Source: Camelus ferus (Eukaryota). Taken from it: a stretch of 64,000 bases of DNA. This document shows, piece after piece, positions 26,328-39,318 of this stretch; position 1 is the stretch's first letter, and each line of letters begins with the position of its first letter. A program made the position numbers and the translations under genes. The stretch covers positions 12,278,001-12,342,000 of the forward strand of contig NC_045698.1 of assembly GCF_009834535.1 (NCBI RefSeq). Direction: 5' to 3'. The notes under the pieces are model-generated. The model had not been told where the DNA came from, ran no database searches, and was given only the letters and a program-made list of their open reading frames with translations.

Positions 26328-27180
26328 TCAAAGAGACAAGAAAACATGTTGGTGAGGACGTGGAGAAACTAGAATCCTCATACCCTGCTGGTGAGAATGT
26401 GAAACAGTGCAGCTGCTGCAGAAAACAGTCTGGTAGGTCCTCAAAAAGTTAGAAGACAGAGTTACCAGATGACTCAGGAATTCCACTCTCAGCTGTATAC
26501 CCAGGAGAAATGAAAACATATGTCCACACAATAACTTGTACACAAAGGTTCACACCAGCATGATTTACAACAGCCCAAAAGGGGGAACCCCCTTAGTGTC
26601 CATCAACTGAAGAACAGATTTTTTTTTAATGTGACATATTCATAGAATGGAGTATTATTCAGTGATTTAAAAAAGAGGAAATGTTACATGTTGCAACATG
26701 GATGAGCCTTGAAAACATTACACTAAGTGAAAGCAGCCAGTCACAAAGGACCACACATCACGTGAGCCCATTTACATGAAATGTCCCAAAGGTAAAGCCA
26801 TGCAGACAGGAAGCAGATTGCTGGTTGCCCAGGGCAGGTGTAGGCAGTGACTGGGACTAGGGAGTGACTGCTGATTGGTGTGGGGTTTCTTTCTGGAGTG
26901 ATGAAAATGTTCTGGAGTTAGACAGTGGTGATGGCTGCACAACTATTAGTATATATTAATACTATAATATTGTTACAATGTTAGTATAATATATTAGTGT
27001 AGTATTATATATTAATAACTATTAGTATGATACAATATTAACATATACTATATAAATAATATTAGTATAAACTAATAACGTAACAGTACTATATTTAGTG
27101 AATATACTAAAAACCACTGAATGGGATACTTTAAAAAGACTCACATCCATGATACGTGAATCATCTCGCAAATAAAAAAG
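26328..27180 (+). mobile_element. L1MB-like fragment containing an AT-rich low-complexity expansion (26942-27098)
   Basis: tgttggtgaggacgtggagaaactagaatcctcata...catggatgagccttgaaaacattacactaagtgaaagcagccagtcacaaagg...gtgaatatactaaaaaccactgaa. Confidence 0.85.
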
Positions 27181-27187
27181 GAGAGGG

Positions 27188-27282
27188 GCTGCTCTCCCTT
27201 CTGAAACCAACCGGATTCTGTCCATGGAATGTCTCTCTCTCTAAATAAACTTGCTTTCACTTAAAAAAAAAAAAAAAAAAAA
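27188..27282 (+). mobile_element. Short polyadenylated retro-insertion (LTR R-region-like 3' end plus A20)
   Basis: AATAAA at 27244-27249, then cttgctttcactt, then A20 (27263-27282); flanked by aaaaaaggagaggg / aaaaagaggagaggg. Confidence 0.65.
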
Positions 27283-28747
27283 GAGGAGAGGGAGACAGAC
27301 AAGCAAGAAGAGAAAGACAGGCTGCCTCGTACCTGGCTTCATTCACTCCCTGGATCCAGTTCACCAAAGGCCATCTTGAGCCCTGACCTCCCGCGTTAAA
27401 TATGCCAAGAAGGTCCTCTTTTCGGTGTACACTGGTTTTTATTGAGTCTCCATCATTTACAAGCAAAGGAAAATCAGTATGATTTTTCAGCAGACCAATG
27501 TCAGGACTTCAGAAGACACCTAGAAAGCGACTCCCTCACCGAGAGACCTCTGGAAATGGCCATAGCTAGCTAGCTGTGTATGCTTTCCCAAGAGCAGCAG
27601 GACAAGTTATGTCAGAGCTTGGACGGTGTGATGCATGTTACACTAGAACTCTTACCACCTGAATTACAGGAGGCAGGGGTGGGCTGTTTTCCTTGCCAGT
27701 GAATTCCCAGCCAAGAGCAGGGCCGGGCACACTCGATGAGGGACAAGTGTTGATTCACTCTCAATCCCAAATCCCATCGCAGGGCCCTGCTCTCTGCTCT
27801 GGGAACACACGGTGACCCTTAGAGGCACAGTGCTGCTCACAGAGAGACGAAAGGCCGCTCAGGTTGCAGTAAAGAGGCCGTGAAAACCACACAGGCTGCT
27901 CCCCCTGCAGTGTGGACTCAAACCTCAGCTTCACTACCTGTGGCTCAGGACAACTGTTAATACCTGAGACTTCTCTGTACAAGATGAGAGTCATCTAAAC
28001 TTGTCTGCTGTCCAAGCACAAGAAGGGCACTCGGGACGGCTAACCAAAGTGCTCCAAAGCCGCAGGGCCCTCGACACAACGTGGCAGTGTCTGTATTTGG
28101 GGTCTTGCTGCCAGCACCCTCCGGGGTCACGCCCAGAACGGCTTTTAGCCATGGTACAGCTTTCATTTTTCTTTCCTCTGAATGCCTTGCTATAGAACCT
28201 AGGAACACAAAGGCCTAGTTTAACTCACCAGGCGAACCAACCTTTCCTCCAAACCCACCAAAGCTACAACTTCGGTTTCTTTCCAGCTCCGAAGCATTTA
28301 AAAATAACTCACAAAGACAAGCTACACCCAGCAGGAAGGTGATGGAGGTGAAAAGGACGGAAATGTTTTACTTGACATAAGTGCCTGTGTTTCTTCTAGT
28401 TGATACCTACCAAGATTTTCTCAATAAAATTATTTCTCTCTTGTGGCAAACCATTTTCATTATTCTCCAAACTCCATCTCTTCTTGGGTTCCATAGAGAT
28501 TTGGGCACAGAATGACATTTTCTCTAGGAGACAGCATATCCAACAGCCCAGCGGCAACGCCTGCTTGTGCCTGCATTACTAACTCGGGGTGAAATCCCAG
28601 ACTCTTCCCCAAGGACACAGGCCTCTGCTTCCTTCCTCAGTGAGCACCAGACATGGAGGAGTGAGGACACGGGGCACCTGGAGTAGAACAGACCAGAGAG
28701 GCTGCAGAATGTAGTGGGGGTTCTGGTGGTTTTGCTGTTGTTGCTGT

Positions 28748-29125
28748 AAATCAACCTTTTATTTTAGAATAGTTTCAGATTTTATAGAGAAGCTGCAAAG
28801 CTGATACAGATGGTCCCCACCCTCCTGCACGCAGGTTCCCCCAACTGTTAACATTTCATGTTGCTACTGTCCCCGCTAAGGGGCCAACATAGGTGTGTTA
28901 TCATGAACACAACTCCGCATTTTGCTTGGATTTCACACCAGCGTTTCCCTAACACCCTTTTTCTGTCCCAGGTTCCCATCCAGCACTTTCTATCGGGTCA
29001 TCCTTCCTCCTCAGGGCTTCTCTGCCCCCCGACAGTGTTTAAAGGCCTTGACAGTGCCAAGGAGTACAGGTCAGGTGTTCTGTGGAACATCCCTCTGCCG
29101 GGGACTGTCTTAGCTTTTCCCTGAA
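28748..29125 (-). mobile_element. L1MC-like 3' fragment, reverse
   Basis: ttttattttagaatagtttcagattttatagagaagctgcaaag...ctgtcccaggttcccatccag...aggagtacaggtcaggtgttctgtggaacatccctc. Confidence 0.65.
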
Positions 29126-30938
29126 GTTAGACTGCAGTGTCGTGGCTTCCAGTGATGGCTCAATCCAGGGGTCCAATTTCCTGAACGGGAGTCCAGGCTT
29201 TCCTGCCTCAGCCACGCGGCCTGGGTCAAGTTCACCTTCTTGGCCCTCAGTTTCCTCCTCTACAGAAGAGCAGAAAAGAACACGCCCTCCCTCCCAGGGG
29301 ACTGTGGGGATGAAGGGGGCTAAGTCCGAGCACAAAGGGGAGGGGATCAGCAGGAACTCTCCACGGAGAGAAGTGGTCGTGGACTGAACAACAGAGCTGC
29401 CGGGCCAGAGACACAGGACAAAGGTTCCTAACAGACAAACCTGACTTCCAGAAACCCGCATCCAAGGGGGACGAAGTTTTAAGTAGATCATTTAAACCTG
29501 ACACCACAGGACTCATTTGGGGACACAGGCAGCGTCCCTGCATGTGGGAGTGTCGGTGAAGGCAGCAAGCCACACGAGAGCAGGGTTCTGACGATGAACA
29601 GGACAGACCCCCAGGCAGCAGGTGGAAGTCTCAAGGTGAAGGGTGCAATTTTCCGCAAAGTAGCCAAGGACCAGTGTAGACTAACACACACCGTAAGCTG
29701 GCTTACCTGCTCCACTTAACCACTGACTGGAAACTACGAACAGCTCCATACACCAAACAATGAAGGCATTCACCTTCCTTTAGTTCAAGAAAGAAAAGTC
29801 TCAAACTCTAACTGACCAAGCTCTGGAAACCACTAAAGACTAAAATTGCTTCCCCGCTTACCAATAAAAATTGGGGCACACTGTCTTACAGTGCAATAGA
29901 CTTTTTTCCAAGCATGTTTATAAAAACAAAACAAAACCCACAGCAGCCAAAGTCTTTCTGAGATATCAACTTTTAATTCCATCTCAGCCCATGAGACTCT
30001 GAGTCACTAAGCTTGGAAAGTCTCAAGATCCCCTCGAGCAGCATGCATGGGTGGGCAGAGGCAGGCGGGGGGCTGGAGCTGAGACCCCACTGAATGAGTC
30101 CAGCCCAGGGTGTCGGGGGAATGACAAGTCTGGGTCCTGCAAACAAATCTTCCCTGGGGCCCCATCGGGGCAGGTCACATGAAGCTCCGAGTCCCGGCAC
30201 TGAGGTAAGTCCCTCCCAGTTCCTTCTGGCTCCTGGTCAGCCTCTTCCCAACTCCTGGATGCCAGGCCCCAGCCAGACCAAAGTGGCCCTGGTCAAATGG
30301 GAAGGCCCTCTGCTCCCCTTTCTCCTTCCTAGGAAACCTCCTACTACCCGAGGGCCAGTGCTGAGGACAGGCTCCATCCAGCAGAGAGCAGAGGAAATTT
30401 CCTACGAGTGCGTTAGTGGAGTCCAGCACAGCCAGTCCTCCCTCCCAGCCCGCTCCATCCTTCCCAAACCACTCCAGCCACAACTGAAGCCCCCGTACAC
30501 ATGAACTGCCCCACTCAGGGAGAAGCCCAACTCACGGCTGGCAGTGAGGGCGTGTGAGCAATAAAAACCCACGGGGGTGAGCCCTAAACTCAGAGGGGCT
30601 CCTCGGGTGGAACAGGGTGGACAGGGCGGGGGTTAAGCAGGGCCAGGCAGAGCCCCGAGGAGGCGGGATTCTGCTCTAAGCCCAACTTCAGGTCATCACC
30701 CAGCTCCTGGCCCCTCTTCTCCCAGCAGTCCTCCCGGCCTCTCATCTTCTCTCTGGACAGCGGAGCCCTCCTCTACTTCACAGCAGGAAAGCACTGCAGG
30801 AGAGGATGCTCATGACCCACTGACAGGCCAGGCAAACAGCCAATAAACTCCCACAGGATAGACACGGTCTAGAAGGGAGGCTTTCGTCCCTGACTTCAGC
30901 AGAACCACATGCCCATGGAGCTCTGAAACCTCAACAGT

Positions 30939-31039
30939 GCCCAGGGATGAACTCCAGATGGGCAGACAGGGCAGGGGCCCCAGCTCGACGCCCAGGGATG
31001 AACTCCAGATAGGGGGCAGGGCAGGGGCCCCACCCCGAC
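30939..31039. repeat. Two-copy ~51-bp tandem duplication
   Basis: gcccagggatgaactccagat...cagggcaggggcccca..cgac starts at 30939 and 30990. Confidence 0.92.
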
Positions 31040-31276
31040 CCTGGGCCCAGGCCTTCCAGGTGGTGACCCAAGTGTTCGAGGCCTTCTTCCTCCCCACACC
31101 TGCAAGTTCACCAAGTTCAGAGATTCTCACACCTAGTCTGGCCCTTAGGAAACACTTGATGCCTCTTTGGAACCCCGCACAAAGCCAACACCAGCTCAAA
31201 TCTAGGGTACCTAGTGTGAACCACTGACCTAAATACTTCCCCCAAGAGAGAAAAGCATTAGGTCCAAGCAAACTCA

Positions 31277-31333
31277 GGAAGGAAGAGAGGCAGGGAGGGA
31301 AGAAAGAAAAGGAAGGAAGGAAAAGGAAGGAAG
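31277..31333. repeat. Purine-rich degenerate (GGAA)n tract
   Basis: aggaaggaagagaggcagggagggaagaaagaaaaggaaggaaggaaaaggaaggaag. Confidence 0.8.
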
Positions 31334-32558
31334 TGAGTTAACAATGTAAATATTCTGCTCACAAAGCAGAATGCACTGCTCCTGAGTAATGTACCACATA
31401 CCCATGTGTACATCTCCAGTTTTTATCTACTCCAATAATTAACGCTCACGGCAATCCAAGTGTTTGTCTTGAAACTTAGTTGAAAGTCACTTTCAAACAT
31501 GTTTTTAAAAATTACTTTAGAAGTTCCCACCAAACTGAACCTGTAACAAAACTGGCTTGCTAGACATCACCTAAAAATATACCCTTTGTTAAAAAAAAAA
31601 AAAAAAAGCCCTTGATTAGCATTAGTGAGGGACTCTGCAACGCCACCACCATTGTAATTCGACTCCAATAGAACACCGTAATATCCTACTCCAAGACAGA
31701 CACAAAGTACTACCCCCGTGTGTGAAACTAGCACCCCTAAACAAACCCACGAAGTCAACATTTAAGCTCAGCTTGGCTTTTCCAATGGCAAAGCATCTTC
31801 TTCCAAGACTGTGTGCTGCTGTCTCTTGCCAACACCAGACAAACCTGAAGGCCTCTCATTCCTACAATCCAAACGTCTTTGTTCTACCTACAAATGTCAC
31901 AGCTGTTTGGCAACAGACACTGGAAATCTAGAGAAACCCCCACTTACCTCCCCTGTCTCCATTCACGGGTAACAGTGACGGCTCTCCCGGGGACATCCCG
32001 TCTGGGCTCCAGGATCTGGCACCATTCAGAAGAGCAGAGCTAAAAAGGTTCCAAAACTCCTTCACTGACTGAAAAGGGCAAAAGCCCCCAAAAGAGTTTT
32101 GTTTGAAATACACGTGGATCATAGAAAACTCGAGGACAAACAGCCAAGCCAGAATTCAGGGCAATCAGGGCAAACACCCAATGCCATGAAGCACCTGCAG
32201 AGTGTCACTACATCTCTACAGGCCCCACTCAAGTCAAGAACTCCTTCAACTCCCTTTGTTGGAAGAAAGCACTGACCTACAAGTATGTGTGCCCTCTTGC
32301 TGTCATCAGTCAGAGACTGGGAGATAAGCCGAATTCTTCTGAGAAGCACTGCTTGCAGAGCGGGGAGGCCTGGAGCGGCCGAGCAAAGTAACAGGAAGCA
32401 GTGCTGTTCTCCTTAGGGTAAGAGCGCCTGGAGTTATCGCTGGAGTTACCACGAGCAGCTCACAGGACTCCAGAGATAAAACTTTCAGGAGCTCCCTGCT
32501 CCTTGGCTGGGGGTTCCCTAGGAACCTTCTTGCTGTCTGGGTAAGTGCCTCTTCAGGC

Positions 32559-32990
32559 CAGCACTCCCCAACAGAACCGATGCAAGCCGCATTCGGGATT
32601 TGGGGGTGGCGGTGCTCATAGCTCAGTGGGAGAGGGCACGCTTAGCATGCTCGAGGTCCTAGGCTCAATCCCCAGACCTCCATTAAAATAAATTAAAAAA
32701 AAAAAAAAAAAGCCCACATATGGGATTTTACATTTTCCAGCAGTCACATTTTTTGAAAAAAGTAAAAAGAAACAAGTGAGATTAATTTTAATATGTGTTA
32801 TTTAACCCCATAGATGCAAAAATAACTTCAACATGTAAGCAATATAAAAAATGTATTGAGAATTTTATATTCTTTTTCCCATACTAATTCTCAAAGTCTG
32901 GTGGGTATTTTGCACTCACTGCACACCTCAGTTCAGAACAGCCATTTTTCCATTGCCCGCTAGCCTCGTGTGGGCTACTGGTCACAGCAT
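32559..32990. mobile_element. MER33-like hAT DNA transposon (interrupted by the SINE at 32602-32711)
   Basis: aaaagtaaaaagaaacaagtgagattaattttaat...ttcaacatgtaagcaatataaaa...catactaattctcaaagtctggtgggtattttgcactcactgcacacctcagttcag. Confidence 0.75.
32602..32711 (+). mobile_element. tRNA-Ala-derived SINE (vic-1-like) inserted into a MER33-like transposon
   Basis: tRNA-Ala-like head plus A-tail; degenerate TSD aagccgcattcgggattt (32584-32601) / aagcccacatatgggattt (32710-32728). Confidence 0.85.
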
Positions 32991-35900
32991 GTCACCATGA
33001 AAACCTACTAGACTCTAGAAATGTAATTTTGTGGGCTAAGAGGGTGGTGGTGTGTGTCCAAAGGCATGAAGGCAATGTCTCCTCTTTATTTGCTTTTTCC
33101 CATTTTAGGGAATATATCAAATTTCCCAGTGATAACCAGCAAAGGTATGTATGACTTATCCATCATCACCTGCCCCAACCTAACCTACCATAGTTCAACA
33201 TTCACGTGGGGGAGATAGAAGAACCACCTTTTTCTGTCCCTCTGAAACAACAATAAAAGAATGTGATAAATCAGAATCGCTCTAAGAATGTGACCTCTAC
33301 ACACCCCGTGTATAAGATGATTAAAACAGCTTGGGGGGACTTGGTGCGTAAATTGCCCTGTGACATATTTTACCAAAGGGAGCAAGAAAAATGTATCTGT
33401 TTACTGTAATACAAACCCCACCACCATTTCAATAGCTATGTTTGCTGAATTCTTGAACTCTTGAGGGCACATGCCAGCTCATTATCTGAGTTACTGGTGG
33501 CTTTGACTTAAGACAAATAAAATGAGACAATTAATTATACATTAGGCAGCAGAAAGTATGTGCTTTCACCCCAAAACTGCCCTCTCCTCCTCCCAACCAT
33601 GACCAAATACTCTGAATGGGATAACAGAAAGAGGAAAAAGTCTTGCAGATGTAATAAGAGGCAAATGTGTTTTTAATTGAGGTTTCCATGAGCTATCGGT
33701 TAGAAAGTGGTACTTGAACAGTAAGAAACTACTCTGCAGCCCAGTATGCGGGGATCTGAAGACAGACAGACTACAGAAAAACTGGTAAATTTCCCCAAAT
33801 ACCCAGCAGAGGTGAGCAGCTCTGATAAGCCAACTGGCTTTTCAAAACCCAGGGGGTCGCTCCATCCCGTGACAAAGGCCCAGCCAGGCCATCTGTTCTC
33901 ACCACCTTCCCAAGTCCGGTCACCCTACCCTAGTCCCCCACACCCAACCCTATCCCTCTTCAATCTCTGAGCCACCTCGGAAGCAGCCCTTGCAAACCCA
34001 CCTCCCTGTCTCACTTAAGGCCTCTTCCATTCAGACAAAATCCCGCCTGTGGCCTGTGGCCTGTGTTCTGTGCATGCTCCGGCCTCTGCCTCCCCCTTCA
34101 GCCTCGCCTGGATTTTTCTCAGGTCCCACCCAGCTTGCACCGAGTCTCTATCCACTGCTCTGCCAGCAAAACCAATGCGCCCCTTTGACCCAGCCATCAG
34201 CCTCCCCGACCCTGGGAGGCCCTGGCCTGAGAGCTGCACCTTTGTCCCCTGGCAGAGAAATCAGTAGAGAAACAACTCAAGTGATGCCAGCCCTCCCTGC
34301 TGGATGGGAGGGCAAGCACCACCGCTGCCAGGAAGGACAGAAGGATGGCCCTCCAACAGTGACCCAAGAACATGGTGGACTTCAGCACAAACTCCACCCA
34401 TCCTGACATTGGGCCGGGGCGTGTGTTTGTCTTTTACCAGCCCTGCCCTACTAACAATGACCTGACCTTTTGTGTCTCACGCCCCCTGAACTTACCTCGA
34501 CAGCATTTAAATAGGTGAGAAAACTTGTATTATAGATTCTGAGGTTCATGTTCGTGGAATCCAATAATGAAGATGATAGCTATACCCTAAAAACAGCACA
34601 TCCTGGATCATCTACCAACACCGGCTGTCTTCCTGAGTTCCTACAGCGAGCAGTCAGGGGTTACTAACCAGGAACCCGATCTGCTCACTGCCGGCTCGAC
34701 TGCGCTACCTCCAGGTCCAGCCAAACTCACTTTCCAGACAACAGCAGGGTCCTTGGAATTCCCATCCCCCAATGCCTTGGCTCCCTGGAAGCTTCTAGAG
34801 CCAGACCATCAGGAAGCCATATATTCCACCTTCAAAATGACTGATTTCAGAGGCCGTTTTTTTCCTTGGCCCAGGTGAAGGTGTGCAAAAGAATTTTCCA
34901 GAACTCTGAACTGGTGTTCTGCTTCTTTTGTGAATCCCAAGGTAGATTCTCCCCTTTTAGCAAATTCATTATAGCTGGAGAACCACCACCATCCAAATTC
35001 CAAATGCATTCATTCACTCTACAAATATTGACTTAGAGCACTTGTTGGCTGACAAGGCACCACACCATGGCCAGGAAGTCACAGGAGTCAATGGTGAGGA
35101 CCTGGGCTTCCAAATCCAGCAAACCAAACTCCAGTCCCCCTACTGGGTGTGGAACCCTGGAAAATAACAGTAACAGGAAACACTGTGACCGTGTGCTGAT
35201 TGCTGTTCCAAATGCATCATGTGCACCCACTGACACCTTACCGGCCAGCAACGAGAAATGTCCCCATTTAACAGATATGACAGAAGAGGCACAGAGCCAC
35301 TGAAAAATCTGCCCAAGGGCCCAAAGCTAACAGGTGGTGGAACAGATTTGTTTTTTCCTTGTCCTTTTCTTTTTTTAGAAACAGCTTTACAAACTTACAA
35401 CTTATATCCCATAAAATGACGGGCAGACAAGTCCACCTGCATCACTCCATGTAATTCTGCCTCTTCTGTCACTTAGCTTTCCTGCACTCCAAGTTCCTAC
35501 TTTACAAAATGCAAACGATCAAGAGTTAAGGGGTTAAATAATGGAATTAATATTAGTAAAGCAGACCAGCCCAGCACCTGGCCCAGAGAAGGACCCAACA
35601 GCCCAAAAATACAGTCTGCTCTCCACAAGTTTAATCTAATCAAAGGCAAAGCTAGTAAATACAAAAAATAGCCATAATAAAATACAGAGAGAGATAAAGG
35701 ACACAAAAAGTGCAGATAAAAATACAAAGGGGAATTGAGTGTTTGTAAGGGAGGACCTCTGTTCCTGGAGCTGAAGTATTTGCAACAGAGAAGCCCGGCT
35801 GGGAACGCTGCTGAGTTTAGCATCAATCACTTAAAACACAAACTGCATGAGAACGGCCCAGAGCCTCTAAGAACAAGATGAATCTTGCATATCTGACACA

Positions 35901-37059
35901 TACAACATGAGGCGGTGAATCACACCTGCTGTGGAGGATGATCTGAATCCCTTCTTCTAGAGATGGGGATGAATTTCAGTGACCAAAACACAACCATCCT
36001 CTGAAGGAAACACTTCCAAGAGTGAACTGAGTGTATTCAACCTCATACATTTGTCTGGTCTTGTTTTTGCAAAGCTTACTGCTGTCCTCTGAGGATAATC
36101 ATCTCCCTTACTGACCTTGAAACCCTCTTCTCCCAAACTGTTACTGACCTTGGAGCCAGTGTCCCATGGCTCTCAATAGGACAGGGAGGGTGGGTGGGGG
36201 CAGAGGCACAACAAAGGATATGGTCTCCCATCCTATGGTCAGCTGCTCTCCCTCAATCAAAAACCCCCACCTGCCAGGGAGATGGGGCCATTTCAGGTCC
36301 ACTGATTGGCAAGGGCCACCAAGCACAAAGGTCCTGCCCTAGAGTGGGTGAAAGCAAAAGACTGTATTACCTAAGATGCAACCCATTTTCAAATGTGTTT
36401 TATTGTTTCCAGGAACCCAATGATGCCAACTGATCATTTGTTGTTCGCCTTAGAGAAGAAACTCCCTGCTACGGATGGAACTAAGAAATTTAACTACTGA
36501 TTCTAAAGATACTAATTGGCTGGGCAGAGCCTTCGCCCACAAATCATGCTGGGCGCTGACCCCCAGGCAGTGGATGGGTCCCGGGTGAGAGCTGCGAAGA
36601 GCAGCTTGTTAACAAAGTGACATCTGAGGCATGAGAACAATCCAGCAATTGTTGAGTCCCATTTCCTGCTCCATATCTTCCATGGCAAATTAAAAAAAAA
36701 AAAAAAGAAGAAGAAGAAAAAGAGGAAGAAAAGCCTCCTTAGATTAGGACACACACATCCGCAACTGCAGTCCCTGTGAGAAGCAACAGAGACTTGGCAT
36801 TTTCACAGAGGTGGTTAAGTGTCTCGTACACACACAGTCTGTATCCATTACCAGCCCTGAAGGGACCCGCTGCCAGACACAACAGCTGCTGTCCCATCCC
36901 TGGGCCTCCAGCAGGCCTCTGGGGCGTCCCTGGTGGGAATGAGGAGTGGGTCTCCTCTGACCCCAGCCCCCCACCATTACAGACTGGAAGGGAGCTGGTG
37001 GGCTGCTCCCAGGACTGAAGGAATGAGCAGCCCTCAGTTCAGGAAGGGCCCCCAGCAGG

Positions 37060-37232
37060 TTCCTCAGCATCAGCAACCCCGACAATGCAGCTGGGTAAGT
37101 CTCTGGGGTGAGAGGCTGTCCCGTGCACGGCAGAAGTTTAACAGCACCTCTGGCTTCTTCTCACCGTATAACCCCCACCTCTAGTTGTCAAACATCCTCT
37201 TGGGACCCAAATTACCCCCACTGAGAGCCATC
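37060..37232. mobile_element. MER20-like remnant
   Basis: ggctgtcccgtgcacggcagaagtttaacagcacctctggcttc...caaattacccccactgagagcca. Confidence 0.55.
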
Positions 37233-38779
37233 GGTCAAAAGGGAAGACAACTGTTTCAGCCTCACTGACATCCCACCTGGAAGTTAACTCATTAACTTCC
37301 AAGGACTAGACGGCAGATGCCAGCACGGCCAAAATCCCCTTAATCATCTCTCCCAGCTTCTTCCTCCTCCACCCCCAGGCGCAAAGCTGACATCCCCCAA
37401 CAACCCCATCTCCCAAACCAAGAGGGGCCAGAACGCTGTAGATGCTGCCAGTCCCCCTGCGAAGACGTCTCCTGACCCACCCTGCCTCCTCTCAACCCCC
37501 TTGGCTAACGTGGAGACAAATAGATAGTTGTATGCGGAATGTAGAGACACTCGAGAACCTGGGAGAACATACCGGTTTCTAACAGACACTTGAAAACCTT
37601 CACTCCTTCTGCTTCTGCTCTTTGCTGACCTCTTTGTAACTTTAGTATACGGTGGAGCACTGTCATCATCCTACTCTGCCTCTCAACTGGGAGACAGAGA
37701 ACCAGCCGCCAGAGGAAACAGATAGGAGTGAGGTGGTCACAGAAGCACCACAAAGGCTGGGAAAATCAAGAGAGAAAGTACCAAACGCTATGGAGGGGAC
37801 CAAAGAAATGACCACTGGTCACTCAGCCCGAGGACTGACAGATCATTGGTGATTTTTTTTTTTTTTCATTAGAGTAATTTCCTGAAAAACAAAAAACCAC
37901 AGGACAATTTCATCCGTCGGTAAATAAGGCCCAAGTGCTGCCACCACACCCAAAAGGATTACGCAGACATTATCAAAAGACCTTTAATGCGGCAACACTT
38001 ACATAAGGAGATATATACTCCCTTTGTTTAAAAAAAAAAACCACAGAATAAACAACTTCAGTGTGGAAAAAGGCAAGCAAAGTATATTTATGGTTTTGGC
38101 TTTTTAATGTATCTACTATGGGAAAAATACGGCACTTCCAGACCTCAGCTGCTGAGAAGACGACACATACAGCATTCATAAGCTTCTTTAAATGTAATAG
38201 AAAATCTTATTTTTATCCTTCTATTATCAAAAGGGTAAAAACTGATGAATCACTTAAAACTAAAGCAAAAATCACCTCTGCATATTCTCTTAAGCAACCT
38301 TTATGCAGAAAAATCTGTAAATTCTTATCAGCTGGCGATACTTAAGGCGAATGACGAAACCAACATAAAACTAAGGACGCCTGTTAGATCACACACGTGA
38401 GCAAAGAAACTGACCCTCACAAGATGCGTTACAGGCTCCTGTGAATGAGGCTACGATTAGGTTTTCTAAAGATGCTTTTACCTCTGGCCTATTTAAGTGG
38501 GGGTGTGCAGGGTATGGATAAACCATTTAAAGTAAGTTTATTAGTCAAACCAATTGAAAATTGAGGGACAAAGTGGCACCTGTGTTAACACCACGCTGAC
38601 ACTCTACTACAAGGACACAAAAGCCCATCTATTCCTGTCTCTCTAAATGTAGGCCTCTTGCCAGATAGAAATCAACATAAATCAGTATAAAAATACATTA
38701 TATTTTAAAAATACATCAATAAACATAGACATTTTTATGCAGTGTGTTTTATACACATGTATATAAAATCAGAGCCAAC

Positions 38780-39025
38780 ACTGGACTATTATTCAGCTGT
38801 AAAACGGAACGAAGTCCTGGTACATGCTACCGAGTGGATTAAACTCAAGAACACACAAAATGAAAAAAATCAGACACAAAAGGCCATGGGGGGTGTAATA
38901 CCATTTAAATGAAATACCCAGAAGAGGTAAATTCACAGAGACAAAAAACAAACTGGTGGTTTCCAGGGGCTGGGGGAGGGGTGAATGAGGAATGACTGTT
39001 CAGTGGGTTTGGGGTTTCATTTGAG
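38780..39025 (+). mobile_element. L1MB-like fragment
   Basis: tggactattattcagctgtaaaacggaacgaagtcctggtacatgctac...ggtggtttccaggggctggggg. Confidence 0.75.
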
Positions 39026-39318
39026 GGTTCAGTTAGGTCCTAAGGGTGAAGCCCTGATCCAACAGGACTAGTGCTCTCATATGAAGAAACAGCAGAGATC
39101 TCACTCACGCCTGCAACTCTCTCTGCCCCCACCTCCCCCCGACCCCTCATCCACGTGAGGGCACAACCAGAAGGCAGTCCGCAGCCAGACAGGAAGAGAG
39201 TCCTCACTAGAAACCAACCCCGCCAGCACCTTGATCGGCCTCCAGAACCACAGGAAAATAAATGCCTGTTGCTTAAGTCACCTAGTCCTATTTGGTGATG
39301 GCAGCCCAAGCTCAGACA
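39026..39318 (+). mobile_element. MaLR LTR (MLT1/MST-like) fragment
   Basis: taagggtgaagccctgatccaacaggactagtgc...gtgagggcacaaccagaaggcag...ggaagagagtcctcactagaaaccaacc...cctccagaaccacaggaaaataaatgcctgttgcttaagtcacc. Confidence 0.8.
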
